This document shows, piece after piece, positions 54,345 through 64,000 of a stretch of 64,000 bases of DNA. The notes under the pieces are model-generated. The model worked only from the letters and a program-made list of their open reading frames with translations, searched no databases and was not told the origin of the DNA. Made by a program: the position numbers and the translations under genes. Source of the stretch: Alphaproteobacteria bacterium (GTDB lineage: Bacteria > Pseudomonadota > Alphaproteobacteria > MPNO01). The stretch is from the NCBI GenBank assembly GCA_965248835.1, contig CBDFLJ010000002.1:256001-320000 (forward strand). Direction: 5' to 3'. The first letter of the stretch is position 1; the number at the start of each line of letters is the position of its first letter.

Positions 54345-54476
54345 CGCTCGCGCTTCCCCTCGCTTGTGGTTCGAACGCCGACCGGCGGATCATACAGCAG
54401 GGGTGGCGGTAGCGCGTGGAAAAGGTCCGGTGAAGCCGCGACGCCGGACCGGTGAAGGATTGACGGGAGGAAGACC

Positions 54477-55694
54477 ATGAGCATCGCAACGGTCGTCGCG
54501 CCGAGGGTGGATGTCCCGCCCTATGACGAGCTGGTCGCGGGTGCGTGCGCGATGGTCGGGGATGTCGCATCCCGGGCTGCCCAGTGCGAGGCCGACTGCC
54601 GCATCTCCGATGAGATCATCGAGCGGTTCAAGGCGACCACCCTGCACCGGATCATCCAGCCGGCCGCCTATGGCGGGTACGAGATGGGGTTTTCGGCGCT
54701 GCTCGAGACCAGCTTTACCCTCGCCACGGTCTGTGCGTCGACCGCGTGGGTGTGTGGGATCTACATGGCCCATAACTGGCTCGGCGGGCTGTTTCCGAAG
54801 CAGGCCCAGGACGAGGTGTGGGGCGAAGACCCCGATGCGGTCATCTCCGGCTCCTACGCGCCGGTCGGCAAGGCGACCACGGCTACCGGCGGCTACCGGC
54901 TATCGGGGCGGTTTCCGTTTTCCAGCGGGTCGCCGTCGGCCGACTGGAACCTGTGCGGCGTGATGTTGCCGCTGGGACCCGAGGGCAAGCCGATGCCGTG
55001 CTTCGCGCTGGTGCCCAAGGCGGACTACGCGATCGATTGGGCAAGCTGGCGCCCGGTCGGGCTTGCCGGCACGGGGAGCTTCGATGTCGTCGTCGATGAC
55101 GTCTTCGTGCCGGACCACCGGGTGCTGGGCATCCCCGATGCGGCCTGCAGCGCCGCGCCGGGTGCGGATGTCAACACCAACCCGCTCTACCGGATCTCGC
55201 TCCTGACCTCGGTGCCGTTCGCGCTCGCGATGCCTTCCGTCGGCGCCGCTTGCGGCGCGCTGGAGCATTTCATCGAAGAGAACCGGGTGCGCGAGACCCA
55301 TGGCGCGGTGGTCCTCGGCGGAAAGCGGATCGCCGACTTCCAGACCGTCCAGAAACGCATCGGCGAGGCGGCGGTGCGCATCGATGCCGGGCGTGCGCTC
55401 GCCGCGCGCGACGTCGTGGCGGCGGAGGACGAGGCCCGGCGCGAGGGGGCGACCTCGATGGACCGGCGCCTGCGCAACCGGCGCACCCAGTCCTTCATGG
55501 CGCACGAGGCGCAGACCGCAATCAACCTGGTCTTCGATGCCGCCGGCGGCCGCACGCTGCAGCACGACCACCCGATCCAGCGCGCCTGGCGCGATGTCGC
55601 CGCGATCACCCACCACATCAGCCTGAACTTCGATGCGGTGATGTCGATGTACGGCCAGCACAGGTTCGGCCTGACGCTGGAGGGGCAATATTAG
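54477..55694 (+). CDS. Acyl-CoA-dehydrogenase-fold flavin-dependent monooxygenase (HsaA/C2-like hydroxylase)
   Basis: QPAAYGG, CASTAW, FSSG, W..VGLAGTGS, FVPDHR, IQRAWRD. Confidence 0.85.
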   Translation: MSIATVVAPRVDVPPYDELVAGACAMVGDVASRAAQCEADCRISDEIIERFKATTLHRIIQPAAYGGYEMGFSALLETSFTLATVCASTAWVCGIYMAHNWLGGLFPKQAQDEVWGEDPDAVISGSYAPVGKATTATGGYRLSGRFPFSSGSPSADWNLCGVMLPLGPEGKPMPCFALVPKADYAIDWASWRPVGLAGTGSFDVVVDDVFVPDHRVLGIPDAACSAAPGADVNTNPLYRISLLTSVPFALAMPSVGAACGALEHFIEENRVRETHGAVVLGGKRIADFQTVQKRIGEAAVRIDAGRALAARDVVAAEDEARREGATSMDRRLRNRRTQSFMAHEAQTAINLVFDAAGGRTLQHDHPIQRAWRDVAAITHHISLNFDAVMSMYGQHRFGLTLEGQY

Positions 55695-55753
55695 AGCGCT
55701 TCGGGCTCGACCTGGATCGGAAAGGAGGCGGCGGCAAGCCGGCTCGATCGGTA

Positions 55754-57490
55754 TCAGCGGCGCCGGCTTGCCGTCGCCGCCTCGTCGATGTCGAACCCGC
55801 CGGGTTCGAGCACCACGCCGTAGATCTCCTCGGCCGCCTGCCTCGAAATGACGCCGTCGCGGACTTCGGCGGCGACGGTCTCGGCCGGGCGGTGGTGCGG
55901 GTCGCCGTAGCCGCCGCCGCCGCCGGCGATCTGGCGGAAGACGGTGCCGGTCGGGATGCCGCGGATGATTTCCTTGGATTTCGGCCGCCGTTCGGTGCCG
56001 TCGGGGTAGCGGAAGACCGCTTCGTTCAGGCAGCCCGGCTGGCCGCCGAACAGGCCGAAGGCGCGTGCGCCGTCCTCGATCCCGTCGCCGAAGGCGACCG
56101 CCATCACGTCGGTGCCGTCGATCCGGAAGACCGTCTCGATGCCGAGACCGCCGCGCCAGCGGCCCGGCCCCGCCGAGTCGGTCAGGTATTCGTGGCGCTC
56201 GAGCAGATGCGGGTTCTGGATTTCGAACATCTCGTAATCCTGGGCTAGGATTCCCCCGGCGCAGTTGATCAGCCCGATATGGTCATAGCCGTCGGCCATC
56301 CAGGTCGCGCCGGAACCGCCCTTGAGCGCGAGGAACAGGATATCGACGTATGGCTTGCCGTGGCGAGGGTCGGCCCCGGTGACCGCGAAACCCAGGAATC
56401 GGTTCCAGCCGGCGGTCACCATCTTCGGCACCGCGGCCGCAAAGGCGCGCATGATCGCATCCGATGTCGGGCCGGTGATCGAGTTGCCGAAGGTCGTGGC
56501 CGCCGGGAAAGCGGCGTTGAGGAACGAGCCTTCCGGGTTGATGATCCTCACCCGGCGCTGGATGCCGGCATTGTGCGGCACCTCGGGGTCGATCAGCATC
56601 AGGAAGCTCAGCATGACCGCCGATGCGGTGGCCGCGAAGGGTGCGTTGACGAAGCCCGGCGTCTGGCCGGACGACCCGGTGAAGTCGAAGGTGACCGTGC
56701 CCCCCTCGACCGTGACCTCGAGCGCGATCCGCATCTGCGATCCCTCGCTCACGCCGTCATAGTAGACTGTGCTCTCGCCGGTGTAGCATCCGTCGGGGAT
56801 CGCCTCGATCTCGGCGGCGACCAGGCGCTCGGTGCTGTCGAACAGATATTCCTTGTGGGCGCGGAAGGACTCCAGCCCGTAGCGGTCGATGAGCGCGATC
56901 ACGCCGCGCTCGCCGACCACCGTGCCGCCGATCTGCGCCTTGATGTCGTCTTCGACGATGCGGTAACGGATGTTGGCGAAGATCATCCGCCACACGTCCG
57001 CGCGCAGCGTGCCGCGGTCATAGACCTTGAGCGGCGGGATTCGCAGCGCCTCCTGCCAGACTTCGCGGGCATCGGGATTGTAGCCGCCGGCGACCGCGCC
57101 GCCGATGTCGGCCTGGTGGCCCTTGCAGGCCGCCCAGGCGACCAGCGTGCCGTCTGTGAAGACCGGCCGGAAGACGGCGACATCGTTGTTCTGGTTGCCG
57201 CCGGAGAAAACGTCGTTGTGCAGGAATACGTCGCCCGGATGGATGTCCGCGGCGAACGCCTCGATGATCCGCTTGCACACTGGCTGGAGCGCGAAGGCGA
57301 GAACCGGGATGTATTCGGTCTGCTCGAGCATGTCGCCGTTCTCGTCATAGAGCCCGGTGACGAAGTCGCGCGCCTCGTTCAAGATCGGCGAGCGCGTGGT
57401 GCGCAGCAGCGTCAGCCCCATTTCTTCGGTGATCGACTTCAGCCGATGGCCGATGACCGAGGCCGTGATCGGATCGACGCTCACGCTCAT
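55754..57490 (-). CDS. Hydantoinase B / oxoprolinase family subunit
   Basis: VDPIT, SPILNEARDF, HQADIGG, DSAGPGRWRGG, GGGGYGDP. Confidence 0.92.
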   Translation of the reverse strand: MSVSVDPITASVIGHRLKSITEEMGLTLLRTTRSPILNEARDFVTGLYDENGDMLEQTEYIPVLAFALQPVCKRIIEAFAADIHPGDVFLHNDVFSGGNQNNDVAVFRPVFTDGTLVAWAACKGHQADIGGAVAGGYNPDAREVWQEALRIPPLKVYDRGTLRADVWRMIFANIRYRIVEDDIKAQIGGTVVGERGVIALIDRYGLESFRAHKEYLFDSTERLVAAEIEAIPDGCYTGESTVYYDGVSEGSQMRIALEVTVEGGTVTFDFTGSSGQTPGFVNAPFAATASAVMLSFLMLIDPEVPHNAGIQRRVRIINPEGSFLNAAFPAATTFGNSITGPTSDAIMRAFAAAVPKMVTAGWNRFLGFAVTGADPRHGKPYVDILFLALKGGSGATWMADGYDHIGLINCAGGILAQDYEMFEIQNPHLLERHEYLTDSAGPGRWRGGLGIETVFRIDGTDVMAVAFGDGIEDGARAFGLFGGQPGCLNEAVFRYPDGTERRPKSKEIIRGIPTGTVFRQIAGGGGGYGDPHHRPAETVAAEVRDGVISRQAAEEIYGVVLEPGGFDIDEAATASRRR

Positions 57491-59580
57491 CGGCCGCCGC
57501 CTCCGGTGAGGATCAGCGTGCCGAGGCCATCGACGGCGAGGTCGAAGCGAGCGGGCAGGAACGTCGTGGTCACCGCGGTCTCGATGATCGCGGGCCCGGC
57601 GATCTCGAACCCCGGCGCGAGCGCCTCGCCGTCGAAGACCGCGACCTCGGCAAAGGCCTCGGCATCGGGCAGGTAGACCGGACGGCTTCCCTTGCGGGGG
57701 GCTTCACCGGTGGGTGTCGGGCTCGCGAGCCGGGGCTTGTCGGTGATGCCATGGGCGGTCAGGCGGATGTTGACCAGTTCGACATCCGTGTCCGTATCGC
57801 CCAGGTGATAGCCGAAAAGCCGGTCGTGGGCGGCGTGGAAACGCTCGGCGATCCCGGCTACGTCGAGATCGAGCAGGGCATGCCGGTCGATCCCCTCCAC
57901 CCGGACCTCGTGGTACTGCCCGACATAGCGCAGGTCGAGCGCGTGGACGAGGCGCCGGCGCTTCGGCGGAATGCCGTCGGCCGCCAGCGTCCGGGCGGCC
58001 TCGTCTTCCATTTCCTCGACTAGCAAGGCAAGCCGCCCGGCCTCCAACGCCGCGGGTGAAAAAATTGCCGCGCAGGACCGCACATAGTCGTGGCGCAGAT
58101 CGGTCCGCAGCATGCCTGCTGCGCACAGGATCGACGCCTCGCGCGGCACCAGCACCCGTTCGATGCCGAGCTCGCGGGCGATCATCGCCGCGTGGATCGC
58201 GCCCGCCCCGCCGGCGCAAACCAGCGGGAAGCCGCGCGGGTCGCGGCCGCGCTCGACCGAGACCTCGCGGATGGCCGAGGCCATGGTGACGTTCATCACC
58301 CGGTACATCCCGGCGGCCGCCGCGACGACGTCGAGGCCGAGCGGGGCGGCGATGTGCGCGCCGATCGCCGCCTCGGCCGCATCCGTATCGAGCCTCAAAC
58401 GCCCGCCGGCGAAGTAGTCCGCCGACAGATAGCCCAGGACCAGATTGGCGTCGCTGCATGTCGGCCGCGTCCCGCCCAGGCCGTAGCAGGCGGGTCCCGG
58501 CTTGGCGCCGGCGCTGTCCGGGCCCATGCGCAGCAGACCGCCGCCGTCGATCCAACCGATCGAGCCGCCGCCGGCGCCGATCGTCTTGATGTCCATGCTG
58601 GGCAGTGCCATCGCGAACCGGTTGACCGAGGCCGTGGTGGTGACCGCCGGCGTACCGCCCTGTACCAGCGAGGCCTCGAAGCTGGTGCCGCCCATGTCGA
58701 TGGTGATGAAGCTGTCCTCGCCATGGGGGGCGAGGTAGGCCTGGCTCGCCGCCGGGGCTGCCGCCGGGCCGGACAGCAGGGTCAGCGCCGCGCGAGCCGA
58801 CGCGGTCTCGGGCGCGGTGACGCCGCCATTGGACTGCATGACCAGGAGCGCGCCCGCGAAGCCCGCCGCGGCCAGCCGCCCGGTGAGCCGGTCTAGATAG
58901 CGCGCGAGGATCGGGCCGACCGCGGCACTGAGCACCGTCGTTGCGGTGCGCTCGTAATAGCGGATCTGTGGGATGATCTCGCTGGAGACCGCGATATAGG
59001 CCTCGGGCATCAGCGCCCGAAGCCTCTCTGCGGCCAGCCGCTCATGGGCGCCGTCGGCGTGGGCGTGCATAAAACAGATCGCCACCGCTTCGACGCCGTG
59101 GGCCTTGAAGGCTTCGACCGCCGCGTCGACATCGCCGAGTTCCGGCGGGGCGATCTCGCGGCCTGCATAGTCCAGCCGGCCGCGTACCGGCAGGCGCAGG
59201 TGGCGCGGCACGACGGGCACGGGCGCGGCGTACTTGTTGTCGTAGAGCCGCTCGCGGATGCCGCGGCGCATCGCCAGCGCATCGCGGAAGCCGGCGGTGG
59301 CCAGGAGCCCGGTCCGCGCCGTCCGTCCGGTGAGGACGGCGTTGGTCGTCACCGTCGTGCCGTGGACGATGCGCTCCACCGCGGCGACGAATTCCGGCAG
59401 CGCCGAGCCGGACAAAGCGGCGAGCTCGCCGAGCCCGGCCATGACGGCCTCGGACGGATCCTCGGGGCTCGACAGCACCTTGTGAATCCGGCTTGCCCCG
59501 TCCTCGTCCATCACCAGGAAGTCGGTGAAGGTGCCGCCGACATCGATGCCGATGCGGTAGCGAGCGGGAGACTTATTCAT
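57487..59580 (-). CDS. Hydantoinase A / oxoprolinase family subunit (ATP-binding)
   Basis: IDVGGTFTD, HGTTVTTNA, SGPAA, DMGGTS, GAGGGS, GP.SAGA.PGPACY. Confidence 0.93.
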   Translation of the reverse strand: MNKSPARYRIGIDVGGTFTDFLVMDEDGASRIHKVLSSPEDPSEAVMAGLGELAALSGSALPEFVAAVERIVHGTTVTTNAVLTGRTARTGLLATAGFRDALAMRRGIRERLYDNKYAAPVPVVPRHLRLPVRGRLDYAGREIAPPELGDVDAAVEAFKAHGVEAVAICFMHAHADGAHERLAAERLRALMPEAYIAVSSEIIPQIRYYERTATTVLSAAVGPILARYLDRLTGRLAAAGFAGALLVMQSNGGVTAPETASARAALTLLSGPAAAPAASQAYLAPHGEDSFITIDMGGTSFEASLVQGGTPAVTTTASVNRFAMALPSMDIKTIGAGGGSIGWIDGGGLLRMGPDSAGAKPGPACYGLGGTRPTCSDANLVLGYLSADYFAGGRLRLDTDAAEAAIGAHIAAPLGLDVVAAAAGMYRVMNVTMASAIREVSVERGRDPRGFPLVCAGGAGAIHAAMIARELGIERVLVPREASILCAAGMLRTDLRHDYVRSCAAIFSPAALEAGRLALLVEEMEDEAARTLAADGIPPKRRRLVHALDLRYVGQYHEVRVEGIDRHALLDLDVAGIAERFHAAHDRLFGYHLGDTDTDVELVNIRLTAHGITDKPRLASPTPTGEAPRKGSRPVYLPDAEAFAEVAVFDGEALAPGFEIAGPAIIETAVTTTFLPARFDLAVDGLGTLILTGGGGR

Positions 59581-60010
59581 AATATATTGTTTTTACGTTA
59601 TTTTTTTCGTGTTCGGATGTGCGTGCAATGGAAACCCGTCAACCGACCGTAAGCGTGTCGCAAGCGGATTCATTATAACGCCGGCGCATCCAGTCGCGCC
59701 CTTGTCGCAGCATTACACCGGCACCCGCCTTGCCCGGCCCCACCGCGCCACGCTCCGAAACAGCCGTTCCATCCCCCGAAAACACTCCATCGTATAGGCC
59801 GATCCGCGTCCTTGCCGCATCGCGGCCCGAACCTCGAACGTAACGGCCCGGCGATGGCCGGTTCCAGTGTAGCCGTCGGCCCGCCATCGGTCACTCGGAC
59901 CGCCGACCCGCCCGCTGGTTGCGGGTTTGAGTGTTTTCCGGGCATCGTGTTGGTAGACGGCAGCACTGTCGGACAAAGTCTTGGCTTTTGCAGATGATGG
60001 AGAAGACACC

Positions 60011-60451
60011 GTGACACGAACGTCCGCGCAGCGGGTGACCCTGATCACGCTCGGGGTTGACGACCTTGAGCGATCCGGCGCGTTCTACAGTGCCCTCGGC
60101 TGGCGGGCGGCGGAAGAATTGCCGGAAGTGATCTTCTTCCGGATGAAAGGCTTCATGCTCGGTCTGTTCGGCAAGGAAGCGCTGGCCCGGGACCAGGGAC
60201 GGTCCGGAGTCAGCCTCGGCGCCGGGGCAATGGCGCTTGCGCGCAACTACCCCTCCGAGTCCGAAGTGGACGCGGCGTTCGCCGCGGCGGTTTCGGCGGG
60301 CGCGACCGTGCTGAAAGTACCCGAGAAGGTCTCCTGGGGCGGTTACTCCGGCTACTACGCCGATCCGGACGGCCACGTCTGGGAGGTCGCGCACAACCCG
60401 TTCTGGCCGCTCGACGAGGACGGGTACCTTGCCGAACCGAACGGCCAATGA
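60011..60451 (+). CDS. VOC/glyoxalase family protein
   Basis: ITLGVDDL..FY..LGW, WGGYSGYYADPDGHVWEVAHNP. Confidence 0.9.
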   Translation: MTRTSAQRVTLITLGVDDLERSGAFYSALGWRAAEELPEVIFFRMKGFMLGLFGKEALARDQGRSGVSLGAGAMALARNYPSESEVDAAFAAAVSAGATVLKVPEKVSWGGYSGYYADPDGHVWEVAHNPFWPLDEDGYLAEPNGQ

Positions 60452-60757
60452 ACGGGTTGGTCGGCCACGTCGAGCCGATTGCGGTTCCGCACGCCGGGAG
60501 CGAACCATGACCGGCGCCGCAAGCCGGGAAGATCCCGCGGTCACGCACGGGGTCAAGCAAGCGTTCTTTCTCGTCGATCCCGGCTCTCGCGACCTGCTTG
60601 CCGACCCGGACTCCGCCGACCCGGTTCGGGACAGGTAGGACGGCGGGGCGTGTTCGGCCGTTTGCTGTTCGATTGCGGCGCGATTGATGCTATGATAGCC
60701 GTAAGACCGCGTGAGCGCGCAACGCCGAGCAAGATCGGAAGACCGGAGACGCCGAAA

Positions 60758-61825
60758 ATGACCGAAAACGCCATTCTGCCATTCGTGCGCAATGCCTGGT
60801 ACATGGCCGCCTGGGCCGACGAACTCGACGACGGCCCGCTGGCGCGGACCATCATGAACCAGCCCATCGCGCTTTACCGCGACGCGACCGGCAAGGTCGG
60901 TGCGCTCGAGGACCGCTGCTGCCATCGCGGCGCGCCGCTGACCCATGGCACCGTCGTCGCGGACGGCTTGGAGTGCGGCTATCACGGCCTCATCTACGAT
61001 ACCGACGGGAAATGCGTCGTCGTCCCCGGCCAGAAGAACATTCCGCCGGCCGCGCGTATCCGGAGCTTCCCGGTCGTCGAAAAGAACCAGAACGTCTGGA
61101 TCTGGATGGGCGATCCGGCGCTCGCAGATGAGAGCAAGATCGTCGATTACCCCTATCACGACGACGCCAAGAACTGGCCCTACTGCAAGGCCGTGGTGCC
61201 GATCAAGGCGAACTACCTGTTCATGATCGACAATCTGATGGACCTCACCCATCTGGGCTATGTCCATGCCCGGACCATCGGCGGCCAGCCGAATGCCCAT
61301 GTCGGGGCCCAGATGGAGATCAGGCCGACCGAGAACGGCGCCTACTTCATCCGCTGGATGCTGGAGCATGATCCGCCGCCGACCTACAAGAGGGGCGGCG
61401 ATTTCACCGGCAAGGTCGACCGTTGGCAGGAGTTCGAGTACGTCGCCCCGGGTGTCGTGCTCCAGTGGTCGGGCGCTCTCGAGGTCGGCCGCGGCGCCAA
61501 GGAAAGCCGCGAGCAGCCGGGATTCCACCTGCGCCTGCTGCACTGCGCGACGCCGGAGACCGAGAACACGTTCCACTACTTCTGGTCGACCGCGCACGGC
61601 TACCGGCAGGACGATCCTGCGGCGACCCAGGAGATGTATGACGAGATCTATCCGACCTTCATCGAGGACAAGGTCATCATGGAGGCCCAGCAGGAGCGGA
61701 TCGACCTCGACCGGACGCGCCCGCTGGTGGAGATCCACGCCGACGGCGCGCTGGCGCTGGCCCGCATCGCGCTGGGCCGGATGATCGCGGCCGAACAGAC
61801 CCAGGTCAGCCAGGCCGCCGAATAG
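60758..61825 (+). CDS. Rieske non-heme iron oxygenase alpha subunit (VanA-like)
   Basis: RNAWY, Rieske CCHRG..CGYHG, mononuclear Fe DNLMDLTHLGYVH, TPETE, EDK..EAQQ. Confidence 0.93.
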   Translation: MTENAILPFVRNAWYMAAWADELDDGPLARTIMNQPIALYRDATGKVGALEDRCCHRGAPLTHGTVVADGLECGYHGLIYDTDGKCVVVPGQKNIPPAARIRSFPVVEKNQNVWIWMGDPALADESKIVDYPYHDDAKNWPYCKAVVPIKANYLFMIDNLMDLTHLGYVHARTIGGQPNAHVGAQMEIRPTENGAYFIRWMLEHDPPPTYKRGGDFTGKVDRWQEFEYVAPGVVLQWSGALEVGRGAKESREQPGFHLRLLHCATPETENTFHYFWSTAHGYRQDDPAATQEMYDEIYPTFIEDKVIMEAQQERIDLDRTRPLVEIHADGALALARIALGRMIAAEQTQVSQAAE

Positions 61826-61831
61826 GGCAGG

Positions 61832-61870
61832 GCCCGACCACCCCCGGCGGCGCGCCGGGGGTGGTCGGGC
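61832..61870. terminator. Perfect 18-bp inverted repeat between convergent genes (probable bidirectional terminator)
   Basis: GCCCGACCACCCCCGGCG-GCG-CGCCGGGGGTGGTCGGGC; no U-tract. Confidence 0.65.
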
Positions 61871-61879
61871 GGCGCTGTC

Positions 61880-62713
61880 TCAGGCGCTCTGCCGGAACTG
61901 CGGGTTGGTGTACTGGGCGTTGTGCGCCAGCATCATCTTGATGAGGCCGGGCAACCGGTCTTCGGTCGGCACCGGGTCGGTGTCCCAATGGCCGTACCGG
62001 TCCTCGCCGCGCACCAGAAGCGCCGGGCGCCGCTCCAGCGTCGACTTGACGTGCGGCGGAATCAGGAAGAACGAGTAGCCGATCCGGATCTTGTCGGAGT
62101 TGTTGGGAAAGGACGCATGCGCGGTGCGCTCCTTGTGGATCGAGAACTGGCCCTGCCCCAGCTCCATGTGGACGGCCTTGGATTCGTCGAGCCCGCGGAT
62201 CGTCTGGCCGCGGCCGAGCAGGTTCTTTTTCTCGCCCGGCGCCTCGCCGGGCGCGTTCTCGTGGGACTCGTCGTGGTCGTAGCCGATTTCGTGGCTGCCC
62301 GGCATCACGCGCAGACAGCCGTTCTGCTTGTTGGCCGGGGTCAGCGCGAGCCAGCAGGTCACCATGTCGTGCGGGTCGCAGCCGAAATACGCCGAGTCCT
62401 GATGCCATGAGACGAACGAGCCGTCGCCCGCGGGCTTGACCCAGAAGCGCGAGCCGAAGGCGAGAATATCGGGTCCGATCAGGTCCTCGGCCGCATCGAG
62501 GATCTTCTCCGTACGCACCAGGTCCCAGGCCTCGGGGAAGCACAGATGCCCCTTGAGCTTGAACACCCCGGGGTTGATCCCCTCACGGGCCTCGAAACTC
62601 TCGACCGCCGCCAAAAGCTCGTCGCAGCGCTCCTTGGGGATCCCGTCGACCGGAAAGAGATAGCCCTCACGATTGAAGGACGCGATCTGTTCCTCGCTCA
62701 GCACCTTAGGCAC
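61880..62713 (-). CDS. PhyH family Fe(II)/2-oxoglutarate dioxygenase
   Basis: VSWHQDSAYFG, MPGSH, NLLGRGQ, HASFPN..RIG. Confidence 0.9.
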   Translation of the reverse strand: MPKVLSEEQIASFNREGYLFPVDGIPKERCDELLAAVESFEAREGINPGVFKLKGHLCFPEAWDLVRTEKILDAAEDLIGPDILAFGSRFWVKPAGDGSFVSWHQDSAYFGCDPHDMVTCWLALTPANKQNGCLRVMPGSHEIGYDHDESHENAPGEAPGEKKNLLGRGQTIRGLDESKAVHMELGQGQFSIHKERTAHASFPNNSDKIRIGYSFFLIPPHVKSTLERRPALLVRGEDRYGHWDTDPVPTEDRLPGLIKMMLAHNAQYTNPQFRQSA

Positions 62714-63069
62714 GATGCCCTCCTTGTTCTCTGTCAGCCGCCAGCATTGCCTTTCGCAATGCCGGATAATATCACGGTTGTCGGTCGCCGGTCGACTCGC
62801 GGGAACCGTCGGTGGAGCGCCCTAGGCTCTGGAGCCTAATGGTTAAGCGGAAACACCGTAAGGTCGCCAGGACCGACGTTCGTGGCCACAGGGCGGGATT
62901 GCCGTAGGAGCACCGTCCTTCCGAGTCCAGGCATATGGGGAAGTTTCGAGGTCGGGCGACGCTCAAGATCGGGATCGGTTACCAAGCGATGCGCGACGCT
63001 CCTGAGGTTTGTCATGCGTGCGTGGAAGGCGTGGCACGGCGGGCCATGCCCACCGTGCCAGAATTCGCC

Positions 63070-64000
63070 CTAGATCTTGTCGGGATCGAGCTTACTGAAG
63101 ACCTCGTCCCACAGGGCTTGCGCGAACTTGCCGGGATCGTCGCCGATCCGGGCGTGGATCTTCTCCCACTTGGCGACGTTGGCGAGATGAGTGTCGACGA
63201 TCGCACCGGCCGATTTTACCCCGTCCTTCTCCGCCAGCGTGGGAACGATACCCAGCTCCTTTTTCTTGTACGACTCGAACGCCGGACCCATGGAGCCGTC
63301 CTCGACGGCGATGGTGACGCCCCGCTTCGCCGCCTCCTTGCGCACCAGCACGTCCTCGGCCATGTAGCCCTTGATCGTTGTGTTGGCGATCAGGCTGGGG
63401 GCATGCTTGATCATCGCCATCTTCTCGGGCCCCGACAGGGCCTTCCAGGCGTCGCGGTTGACGACCATGGCCGATGGCGTCGCCTGGATGGCGAAGTTCG
63501 CGTCGAGCACGTGCTTGGTGAGGTCCCACAGCCCGAAGGACTGCAGCCAGCTGATTGGCCCGGCAATGCAATCGAGATTGCCGCGCTGGATCGCCTGGAC
63601 CGCCTTGGTCGGGCTTCCGCCGACCGGAACGGCGCCGACCGACTTCAGGAAGCGGCCGAGCGCGCCGACGACTCGTACCCGCCGCCCCTTCATGTCTGAT
63701 GCCTTGGTGATTGGCGCGCGACATAGCAGATTGAACCGTGTCGATGCATAGTTGGCCAAGAACAGCGCGTTGCTCTTGGCGAAATCGGCCTTACATGCCG
63801 GGCAATCGAGATGATAGGTCTCGGCCACGGCACCGGCCATGACGACGGGCGACACCGACGCGTTGATCAGATCGTAGACCACGTTGGCGGCACGCAGCTC
63901 CTTACGGGTGAAAGCGGGAATGACCGGCCCGCCCGCATCGGCGATGCGATCGCGGATGCCGGCCAGGTTGGCGCGGCCGCCGAACAACTGTCCGCCGGCC
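63070..64000 (-). CDS. TRAP substrate-binding protein DctP family (5' end outside window)
   Basis: GIRDRIAD, DMKGRRVRVVG, GAVPV, AIQRGNLD, VNRDAWKALS. Confidence 0.8.
   Translation of the reverse strand, partial: AGGQLFGGRANLAGIRDRIADAGGPVIPAFTRKELRAANVVYDLINASVSPVVMAGAVAETYHLDCPACKADFAKSNALFLANYASTRFNLLCRAPITKASDMKGRRVRVVGALGRFLKSVGAVPVGGSPTKAVQAIQRGNLDCIAGPISWLQSFGLWDLTKHVLDANFAIQATPSAMVVNRDAWKALSGPEKMAMIKHAPSLIANTTIKGYMAEDVLVRKEAAKRGVTIAVEDGSMGPAFESYKKKELGIVPTLAEKDGVKSAGAIVDTHLANVAKWEKIHARIGDDPGKFAQALWDEVFSKLDPDKI

Noticed and set aside
60507-60638. 43-aa ORF with a GGGAG SD
   Set aside because: No motif or recognisable homology; cannot be supported

Overview
High-GC alphaproteobacterial chromosomal segment (probably Rhodospirillales-like; inferred from the two-piece tmRNA with thyA/sspB, the ffh-rpsP-rimM-trmD-rplS-leuCD-leuB-asd and sdhCDAB-zapE synteny). 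Core housekeeping blocks alternate with accessory catabolic genes: TRAP transporters, three PhyH-type dioxygenases, hydantoinase/oxoprolinase subunits, a Rieske oxygenase, a flavin monooxygenase, hydrolases and a ComDE-like decarboxylase. No transposase, integrase, CRISPR array, rRNA or tRNA was recognised. The main findings lie outside the ORF track. (1) There are two probable selenoprotein genes: an AhpD-related protein (NQCVY-UGA-TTSH, 24242-25339) and a BCP-type peroxiredoxin (YPKADTPG-UGA-TSEG, minus strand 32936-33388, absent from the track). Both have a similar SECIS-like hairpin after the UGA. (2) A ~500-nt, densely base-paired, multi-domain non-coding element (about 8397-8910) lies between sdhC and a CitE-family gene, next to DnaA boxes. 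It looks like a plus-strand structured RNA that I cannot assign to a known class. Smaller items include a frameshifted EamA gene, an unannotated 56-aa secreted protein, a metallophosphoesterase-fold protein that has lost its metal ligands, and direct-repeat arrays upstream of both selenoprotein genes.
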